Positions 57,301 to 64,000 of a DNA stretch of 64,000 bases are shown in pieces (position 1 is the first letter of the stretch; each line of letters starts with the position of its first letter). A model generated the notes under the pieces. It was not told the origin of the DNA. It ran no database searches and saw only the letters and a program-made list of their open reading frames with translations. The stretch is from the IMG/VR virus record IMGVR_UViG_3300021437_000001, positions 53,955-117,954 of that record. The stretch is one strand, 5' to 3'. This DNA comes from a virus. A program made the translations under genes and the position numbers.

Positions 57301-58182
57301 ATGTCTGACGCTAAGAAAAAAATGACTGAAGAAGAAATTCTAAAGTCGCTCGATGCAATCATCGACGAGACTATGGGTAAAGACGAAGTTACTGAACCTG
57401 TAGCTAAGTCTGAAGAGTCGAAAAATGAGAATAAAGAAGCTAACGGTGGAGAAGACAAAATTAAGTCTGGTTCTCCTATGACCGAAGAGCAAAAAGCCGA
57501 AGAAGCTAAAAAAGCTAAGGCTAAAAAAGAAAAAGAAGATGCCGAAAAAGAAAAGGCTATGAAAGAGAAAGAAGAAGCTGAGAAATCAGCTCAAGCTGAA
57601 GCTGACTTGAAAAAATCTGCTGATAAAGATGCAGATGACAAGAAGAATGCTAAAGAAAAAGAAGACAAAGATGCTGACGATAAAAAGAAAGCTATGGCAA
57701 AAAAGATGAAAAAGTCTATTGCTGAATTGTCAGAAGTTCTTGATGCTGACGAGCTAGAACTCGTAAAAGCATGGAGAGAAGAAAACTCTGAAGATGAAAC
57801 TGAAGAGAGTTCTGTAGACATTGCTAAGTCAGTTGCACAAGCTGTCGGAGCACAATTGGAAGACATCCGTAAATCTTTCAATGAAAAATTGTCAGAAAAG
57901 GATGATATGATTAAATCGTTGAGTGCGGAAGTCAAGAAACTTTCGTCACAACCTGCTCATGGTAGACAGTCTGTTGATAGTCTTGAGACAATTGAGAAAT
58001 CCGGTTCTAGCACAACTGAAATTTCTAAAGCTCAAGTTCTAGATACGATGTTAGAACTTCAAAAAGCTGGAAAAGGCATCAACAGCCATCACATTGCCGA
58101 ATTTGAGGCTACTCGAAATTTGAGTAACCCACAAGTAAAAAGCCTTGTAATGGAAGCAACTAAAAAACGTTTTACAAACTAA
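57301..58182 (+). CDS. Capsid scaffold protein (putative)
   Basis: K/E/D-rich with repeated KS cleavage-like sites; sits between the protease and MCP genes. Confidence 0.7.
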   Translation: MSDAKKKMTEEEILKSLDAIIDETMGKDEVTEPVAKSEESKNENKEANGGEDKIKSGSPMTEEQKAEEAKKAKAKKEKEDAEKEKAMKEKEEAEKSAQAEADLKKSADKDADDKKNAKEKEDKDADDKKKAMAKKMKKSIAELSEVLDADELELVKAWREENSEDETEESSVDIAKSVAQAVGAQLEDIRKSFNEKLSEKDDMIKSLSAEVKKLSSQPAHGRQSVDSLETIEKSGSSTTEISKAQVLDTMLELQKAGKGINSHHIAEFEATRNLSNPQVKSLVMEATKKRFTN

Positions 58183-58204
58183 AGATTTTCTTTAAGGAGA
58201 AATC

Positions 58205-59668
58205 ATGAATCAAAATTATAATTTCGTAAATTTTGGCGAAGGTTTCGGAGCAACTACTTCAACTGAAGTAGGTGAACTGAACAAAGCCCTTGAAGCAGGT
58301 TCCGGTTATTCTGGCGCTCCTACTTCTCTAACTAATGGTGGAGCACTACAAGTTGAGTCTCTTGACTCTTCATTGAAGTCTGTTACCTATGAAATGAAAC
58401 ACCTTAAGTTGTGGCCAATGATCGACAAAGATCAAGCTTTCAACACAATCGAAGAGTACAATCGTACTGATGCTTACGGTGATCAAGGCCGTGGGTTTAT
58501 CCGTGAAGGCGCTCTTCCACGCTCTGAAGATGCGAGCTACACTCGTCAAATCCAAAGAGTTCGTTTTATCGGCGTTACTCGTGAATTAACTCACGTTTAC
58601 ACGTTGGTTCGAAACGCTCATGGCGATGCTATCGCTCGTGAAATCAGAAACGGTACTATGCGTATCCTAGAAATCGTTGAGCGAGCACTTTATGATGGTC
58701 GTGGTCACTACGCTTCTGCGTCTGGTGTTCATGATGGATCTGATGCTGCTATCCTTGACGACGATCAAGCATGGGAAGGTATTGATAAACAAATCCGTAA
58801 AGGTAATACAGATGCTTCTGCTAAAGCTAAAGCATTCACTGGTTACGGAGTTGAAGAAGACGTAATTCGTGACATCCGTGGAGATGTTTTGGATTCTGAT
58901 CTTTTAGAAGATGCTGCTCGTGTAGTCGGAGAGAATTTCGGTATTCCTTCTGTTATGTCTCTTGATACTAAGGCGCACTCTGACCTTGGTCGTCAATTCT
59001 TCCCTAAAGAGCGTGTTAACCCAATGGGTATCGCTCAAGGTAAAGCTGGTTTCGTTCTTCAGTCTTTCGTAGCTGCCGCTGGTGAATTCTCACTTATGTC
59101 TTCAGTTTTCTTGAGACCAAAACGCACTCCTGCTGCTCCTTTGGCTGGAATCGCTGCTCCTTCTGCTCCAACTTTGACACCAAACGCTTCAAATGCGTTG
59201 TCAAAATTCACTTCTGCTGATGCTGGTGCGTACACTTATCGTGCTACTGCAATCACTGATGCTGGTGAAGGCGCTGTTTCAGTTGTTTCTTCTGCTGCTT
59301 CAGTTGTAGCGGGCGGATCAATGTCAGTAGCTATCGCAGGTGTAGCGGGTGCAATTGCTTACGCAGTTTACCGTTCTCCTAAAGGTGCTTCTACTGGTCA
59401 CGAGTTTATCGGTTTCGTAGCTCCTGCTGCGGTTGGTGGCAATGCTACTATGATCGACTTGAACCACAAACTTCCTGGATTGTCTCAGGCTTACTTGTTG
59501 ACTAAAGATGCAGAAGTTCTGCGCTTTAAACAACTTGCTCCTTTGATGAAGATGGATTTGGCAGTAGTTGCAACAGCTTACAGATGGATGCAGCTCCTGT
59601 ACGGCACGCCGATTTTGTATGCTCCTCGCAAAAATTTCCTTATTGAAAACATTGGCCGTGCGGCATAA
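58205..59668 (+). CDS. Major capsid protein (SPO1/Twort-like)
   Basis: ELNKAL..G, GGALQVESLD, YG, FIREG, E..L..G, IRDIRG, Y..YR, QLAPLMKMDLA, LLYGTP.LYAP.K. Confidence 0.9.
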   Translation: MNQNYNFVNFGEGFGATTSTEVGELNKALEAGSGYSGAPTSLTNGGALQVESLDSSLKSVTYEMKHLKLWPMIDKDQAFNTIEEYNRTDAYGDQGRGFIREGALPRSEDASYTRQIQRVRFIGVTRELTHVYTLVRNAHGDAIAREIRNGTMRILEIVERALYDGRGHYASASGVHDGSDAAILDDDQAWEGIDKQIRKGNTDASAKAKAFTGYGVEEDVIRDIRGDVLDSDLLEDAARVVGENFGIPSVMSLDTKAHSDLGRQFFPKERVNPMGIAQGKAGFVLQSFVAAAGEFSLMSSVFLRPKRTPAAPLAGIAAPSAPTLTPNASNALSKFTSADAGAYTYRATAITDAGEGAVSVVSSAASVVAGGSMSVAIAGVAGAIAYAVYRSPKGASTGHEFIGFVAPAAVGGNATMIDLNHKLPGLSQAYLLTKDAEVLRFKQLAPLMKMDLAVVATAYRWMQLLYGTPILYAPRKNFLIENIGRAA

Positions 59669-59690
59669 TATTCAATAAAATCAATTAGTT

Positions 59691-59719
59691 AAGAAGGGTA
59701 GAGAAATCTACCCTTTTTT
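59691..59719 (+). terminator. Intrinsic terminator after MCP
   Basis: AAGGGTAGA-GAAA-TCTACCCTT-TTTT. Confidence 0.85.
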
Positions 59720-59766
59720 ATTGACTTTATTGGATGCAATTGTTATTCTAATTTTGGAGGTATTTT

Positions 59767-60393
59767 ATGAGTTATGATGAAATTCTTAAACAAGAAGGTT
59801 CACTTAGAAAAGCTGCTTTAAAATTAGGACTTACAAAATCAAAACTTATGGTTTTGTGGAAAAAGGAGTTGGGACTTTGTACCGCAACCACTAGTTGTCA
59901 AAACACACCCAAACAAGGTTGTACTAGATGTGAATTGCATCTAAAATACGCAGTAGAAACGGCAGATAAAAAAAGAGCAAGTTTATATTTTAAAAAATTT
60001 AGAGAGGCCAATAAAAAATATCTGTCTAGTTATCACAAACAATGGCAAAAAGATAATAAAGAACGAGTGAACAGTAGTAATAGAAAATATGCCAAAACTG
60101 AAAAAGGTAGAGTAGTTAACAATGCCAAACACGCTTATAGAAGGGCTTTACAGAAGGCTGCCACACCTGCTTGGGTGGACAAGAAAGCTCTCAAACAAGT
60201 ATATAAAAATTGCCCTAAAGGTTACCATGTTGATCACATCATACCCCTCGATAATGACTTGATTTGTGGCTTACATGTACCGTGGAATCTTCAAATTCTT
60301 TCTGCATACGAAAATGACTCTAAAGGAAATAAATGGGATGGTACATACGAAAACGAGACTTGGCGCAAGGACTTGAAAAAGGAAGTAAAGTAG
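59767..60393 (+). CDS. HNH endonuclease
   Basis: [14 protein letters not shown]....[12 protein letters not shown]...EN..K.N; own promoter TTGACT-N17-TATTCT at 59721. Confidence 0.85.
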   Translation: MSYDEILKQEGSLRKAALKLGLTKSKLMVLWKKELGLCTATTSCQNTPKQGCTRCELHLKYAVETADKKRASLYFKKFREANKKYLSSYHKQWQKDNKERVNSSNRKYAKTEKGRVVNNAKHAYRRALQKAATPAWVDKKALKQVYKNCPKGYHVDHIIPLDNDLICGLHVPWNLQILSAYENDSKGNKWDGTYENETWRKDLKKEVK

Positions 60394-60463
60394 TGTTATA
60401 TTGAGACTAGGACTGCAATAGTTCTGTGATCGAATTCCCCTTCAGATCACTTTCCTCCTCCTT

Positions 60464-60495
60464 GGCCCCTGGTGTTCTGCCAGGGGTCTTTTTTT
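60464..60495 (+). terminator. Intrinsic terminator
   Basis: GGCCCCTGG-loop-CCAGGGGTC-TTTTTTT. Confidence 0.85.
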
Positions 60496-60541
60496 GAATA
60501 GCTAGTTGCCTTTATGCTAAACTTGAGATAGTCTGTAATCT

Positions 60542-60844
60542 ATGAAAGAATTTAAGACCGATAATCTTGCTTTATGTCCTTTTTTGGAAATGCAGGGTTT
60601 AAAATTCTTACGCACAGAAGTCTCGTTGGGTAAATACGATAAGCCAACTGTGCTGTTTGTATTTCAAGATGACTTAGGTCAAGGACGTGATTTTCAATTG
60701 GATTTCATGCGTTCAGACTTTAAAAAGTACAGAGACTTACTCTTCTTTTTTAGAAATGAAATTGAGAAAGTAAATAGAAATTTAAACCAAAGAAGAACTT
60801 CTCCGATTGAAGAAGATCTAAAAGGTGAGGAAGAAAATGACTAA
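60542..60844 (+). CDS. Hypothetical protein (DUF5659-like)
   Basis: F.T.NL.L..FL...G......F.F pattern. Confidence 0.5.
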   Translation: MKEFKTDNLALCPFLEMQGLKFLRTEVSLGKYDKPTVLFVFQDDLGQGRDFQLDFMRSDFKKYRDLLFFFRNEIEKVNRNLNQRRTSPIEEDLKGEEEND

Positions 60845-61223
60845 CAATTTGAATTTAAAAAACAAAGCTAGAAATCCTGGCTCAATTGCAAATGACGAGC
60901 ATAACGATGCCGCAGGCGCAAATCGTTCAGCAAATGGCGATATTCTTGCTATTGACAGAATAATTCCGGCATCTGAGGCGATTGTTGCAGCCAATGTTCC
61001 TGAGAGAGGAACTTTGCGTATTGCAAATACGACTTCAAGTTGGCAATTTTTATTCATAGGCGATCAAGACCAAGCCCCAGGTACATTGACGATTGCAAAT
61101 TCTATGGCAGTAGCTCCGAACTCTTCTAGCATGCTTTTTACAGGCTTAGCAAGTTCTGACATGAAATCTTTAATTGTTAAAGTTTCTGACGCTGGTGTAC
61201 AAGTAATCATAATGCAATCTTAA
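60837..61223 (+). CDS. Putative virion protein
   Basis: Late-region position; I.N.EH.D.A.A.R motif shared with the next gene. Confidence 0.55.
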   Translation: MTNNLNLKNKARNPGSIANDEHNDAAGANRSANGDILAIDRIIPASEAIVAANVPERGTLRIANTTSSWQFLFIGDQDQAPGTLTIANSMAVAPNSSSMLFTGLASSDMKSLIVKVSDAGVQVIIMQS

Positions 61224-61236
61224 TGCGAGGGTTCCA

Positions 61237-61704
61237 ATGTCGAACAATCGCATTCGTGGGAATCAGATAAAAGATCCTCGAACCATTCGTCAGAATGAGC
61301 ACGAGGATAATGCAGACGCTCGTAGAACGGTACTGGTTGATGAGAATGGAAATCTCATTAACCAAGATAATCCGCTTCATACGGACGCTGTTATAAATCT
61401 TAATTCCACAAAGCCAGGAACTCCTACCAGACTGGCGACATTGGTCACAACCGCAAATACCGAATACTCCTTAACTCTCCCTGCTAAAACTGAAATTTTT
61501 ACCATATCTGTGAAAAGTAGCAAAGCTATTGTGCTACAGTATAGTTATCAAGCCGGACAGTCTGCAAGTAATTTTTTCACTGTTCGACCTGGCGTCACGA
61601 GTAAAACCGAAGGTATTTACTTAGACACACCGACTCAAATCTATTTTCAATTAAATAGAGTCGAACTCGGCGGAACTACTGTAGAAATAGAAACGTGGAG
61701 TTAA
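61237..61704 (+). CDS. Putative virion protein
   Basis: Beta-rich; I...EH.D.A.ARR motif. Confidence 0.55.
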   Translation: MSNNRIRGNQIKDPRTIRQNEHEDNADARRTVLVDENGNLINQDNPLHTDAVINLNSTKPGTPTRLATLVTTANTEYSLTLPAKTEIFTISVKSSKAIVLQYSYQAGQSASNFFTVRPGVTSKTEGIYLDTPTQIYFQLNRVELGGTTVEIETWS

Positions 61705-61723
61705 TCCACAGGAGAGAGACTAA

Positions 61724-62518
61724 ATGAAAAATCAATTAATTTTTGATACTACCGACGCTCAAAGTATCGCTGATAGCGATAGCGTAGGTGCCTTTGTAAG
61801 ATCAAGTGATGGTACACTCATCACGCATAGCGTAGTTGGTTCTAAAAAAGCTTTAGACGTTGCCGCTGCCCTTTCGGACGGTTCTGGAAATGCTATTACA
61901 TCAACCGCTGGCGCACTTGACGTTAATATTAAGTCGCCAATCAATGTTGCCGTAGACCTTGATGGTATTTACGATGTAACAAACAACCCAACTCCAGATA
62001 ATGTTGGTATGATTGCGCACTCTCGAGGAGCTACTCCTGGTGCTGCTGATCAAGTACAGCGCACTACTGCTGCCGCAGCTAGCTCTGATGCTGTTGTTGC
62101 TGCAAACGTACATGCACTAGATGTTAACGCTTTCGGTATGGCTTTCAACGGCACTACATGGGATCGTTTGAAATCAGATGGTTCTGGCAACTTGAAAGTA
62201 AATGTTCAAGCTGGTTCTATAACTACTTCTGATGCTGCTCTAGCCAATGTAGCTGTAGCCAACGCTTCTAATACGCTTGCAGTAGCTAATACTGATCAAG
62301 CCGCAGTTGCATCGCCACTCGCTGCTCGTAAGTACCTTTTCCTTCAAAATAACGATAATACTAAAGTATTTATCGGAGCTTCTGGAGTTACTCCTGCAAA
62401 TGGCTTTCCTATTGCCCCTGGTTCTGTTATCGAACTACGAGCTGGAGCTGCTGTTGCATTGAATTTTGTTGGTCAATCTGGCAAAACTCCAAACATCAGA
62501 ACACTTGAACTTAGCTAA
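61724..62518 (+). CDS. Putative virion/decoration protein
   Basis: Ala/Gly/Ser-rich with the codon bias of the MCP gene; FNGTTWDRL; followed by a terminator. Confidence 0.6.
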   Translation: MKNQLIFDTTDAQSIADSDSVGAFVRSSDGTLITHSVVGSKKALDVAAALSDGSGNAITSTAGALDVNIKSPINVAVDLDGIYDVTNNPTPDNVGMIAHSRGATPGAADQVQRTTAAAASSDAVVAANVHALDVNAFGMAFNGTTWDRLKSDGSGNLKVNVQAGSITTSDAALANVAVANASNTLAVANTDQAAVASPLAARKYLFLQNNDNTKVFIGASGVTPANGFPIAPGSVIELRAGAAVALNFVGQSGKTPNIRTLELS

Positions 62519-62552
62519 TCTTTAGAGTAGACTAATAAAGTAGATACCTGTA

Positions 62553-62586
62553 TAAGGGGAGTGTATTTACACTCCCTTTTGTTTTT
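62553..62586 (+). terminator. Intrinsic terminator
   Basis: GGGAGTGTA-TT-TACACTCCC-TTTT. Confidence 0.7.
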
Positions 62587-62595
62587 GGAGGTTAT

Positions 62596-62835
62596 ATGAA
62601 CGAACTAAATTTTAATGAAGAAGATAAAGCTAAGTTTATTGAATTTCTAAACGCCGTCGCAAGGCATGCAGATTTTAAGATGAACACTATTGAATTAGTC
62701 AACTATTTCAAATTGTTATCTTATATGCAACAAAAGATTTTAGCTAAGATTGACGCCAATATTTTAGAAGTGAAACAAGTGGTTGAGCCTGAAGAGAAGC
62801 CTAAAAAAGAGGCAAGAACCAAAGGTAAGGAATAA
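62596..62835 (+). CDS. Hypothetical protein
   Basis: SD GGAGG. Confidence 0.55.
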   Translation: MNELNFNEEDKAKFIEFLNAVARHADFKMNTIELVNYFKLLSYMQQKILAKIDANILEVKQVVEPEEKPKKEARTKGKE

Positions 62836-63143
62836 TGCTACAACCTTTAGATGGCCCATCCACTCAAGATAAGATCGCCGTCACAGATACGGTTGTGGTA
62901 GAATTGAAGGCAGGCGCAAGTCCTTTAGAAGACAGACAAGTTATTACTATTCAACCACTTGACGGTAATATCAGAATTTACTTTGGCGATGGGACAACTA
63001 CCCCTTCAGCCAGTACAGTGCTGCAAAAAGGATTTAAGCAAACTAAGTTAGCAAAAGAATCATACGAAGCCGGAGATAAGCAGAAAGTCTATGTGATTTC
63101 TGAATCAGGTACGACAAATGTGATTTTTGCGGAGCGATCATAA
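62835..63143 (+). CDS. Putative virion protein, similar to the C-terminal domain of 61724-62518
   Basis: ASPL..R....Q......YFG.....G pattern. Confidence 0.55.
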   Translation: MLQPLDGPSTQDKIAVTDTVVVELKAGASPLEDRQVITIQPLDGNIRIYFGDGTTTPSASTVLQKGFKQTKLAKESYEAGDKQKVYVISESGTTNVIFAERS

Positions 63144-63398
63144 ATGAGAGATGTTTTTCAACCTACAGCAGGTTCTATAGGATTCGACAATTCCAACAAT
63201 GGATTTGCCGCATCTGATGTTCAAGCTGCAATTGAGGAAGCTCGTAGCACTTCTGGTGCTCAAGAACAATTTAGCCATAGCGGAATTGACCTTAATTTGA
63301 TTATTCCAATTAAACGTCAAATGCTTGTTTATCAAGAAATTGAAATAGAAGCAGGTAAAACTTTGGATATTTTGGGCGAATTAGTTCTATTAGATTAG
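63144..63398 (+). CDS. Putative virion protein
   Basis: A.SI.FDN...GF.A.DVQAAIEE motif typical of fibre proteins. Confidence 0.55.
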   Translation: MRDVFQPTAGSIGFDNSNNGFAASDVQAAIEEARSTSGAQEQFSHSGIDLNLIIPIKRQMLVYQEIEIEAGKTLDILGELVLLD

Positions 63399-63407
63399 AG
63401 GAAAAAT

Positions 63408-64000
63408 ATGTCAACGATTTTATTTACAACACAAACAACTCCAGCAAGTCCTACCACAGGTAAAGTTCGTTTATTTATAGATTCTGTTGATGGTGTTTTA
63501 AAGAGTATTGATTCTTTTGGAGTTATTACACCTTACACAGGAACTTCTGATGAACACATTCAAGACGTTGTAGGTGCTTTAATTTCTGCGGCAAGCCCTA
63601 AAGTTGTCGTAACTTATAATGATTTAGGAAACGTCTTAACTATAGATATTGATGCAACGCAAATTGATCACACTCAATTGCAAAATATCGGCACAAATAC
63701 ACACGCACAGATTGATTCGCATATTGCTAACACTAGCAACCCGCATTCAGTAACTAAAGCCCAAGTGGGGTTAGGAAATGTTGATAATACTTCTGATGCT
63801 AATAAACCAATCAGCACTGCTACTCAAACTGCTCTGAATGCTAAAGAAAATAGCATCACAGCAGGAACTACTGCTCAATACTGGAGAGGAGATAAAACTT
63901 TTCAGACACTTGACAAAACAGCGGTTGGTCTTTCAAATGTTGATAATACTTCTGATGCTAATAAACCAATCAGCACTGCTACTCAAACTGCTCTGAATGC
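63408..64000 (+). CDS. Tail-fibre-like repeat protein (3'-truncated)
   Basis: SD GAGG; HIANTSNPHSVTKAQVGLGNVDNTSDANKPISTATQTAL repeats; open to the window end. Confidence 0.75.
   Translation, partial: MSTILFTTQTTPASPTTGKVRLFIDSVDGVLKSIDSFGVITPYTGTSDEHIQDVVGALISAASPKVVVTYNDLGNVLTIDIDATQIDHTQLQNIGTNTHAQIDSHIANTSNPHSVTKAQVGLGNVDNTSDANKPISTATQTALNAKENSITAGTTAQYWRGDKTFQTLDKTAVGLSNVDNTSDANKPISTATQTALN
63776..64000 (+). repeat. Exact 66-bp direct repeat inside the fibre gene
   Basis: 63776-63841 equals 63935-64000; the second copy is cut by the window edge. Confidence 0.9.

Noticed and set aside
1-64000. Alternative genetic code (stop-codon reassignment)
   Set aside because: Core genes are full length in the standard code, and TAA, TAG and TGA all terminate genes.

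Overview
64 kb from a large tailed dsDNA phage. The portal, prohead protease, scaffold and major capsid protein look SPO1/Twort-like. The host is probably a Gram-negative, flagellated bacterium; Bdellovibrionota is my inference. 1-12.9 kb (+) holds nucleotide-metabolism and recombination genes (dNMP kinase, CYTH, UvsY-like/RecA, RuvC, class II RNR, dUTPase) plus lysis-like genes. 13-19 kb (+) holds TerS, TerL, HNH, portal and head morphogenesis. 19-55.8 kb is mostly (-) early/middle genes: DNA and RNA ligases, macrodomain, proteases, rIIA/rIIB, SET, ThyX, IlvE, a tyrosine recombinase, tRNA-Met and two unexplained structured RNAs. 56-64 kb (+) holds capsid and virion genes. The most striking part is 29.5-39.2 kb, probably the first-entering (leading) end of the genome. 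It carries eight co-oriented sigma-28/FliA promoters and is headed by a sigma-54-type promoter with an IHF-like site. About 5.5 kb of it is carpeted, inside genes, terminators and start codons alike, by roughly 50 or more copies (counted by eye) of a 15-bp palindrome GTCTCA-NNN-TGAGAC that I did not see enriched elsewhere in the window. All protein calls come from motif recognition by eye; no database search was run.
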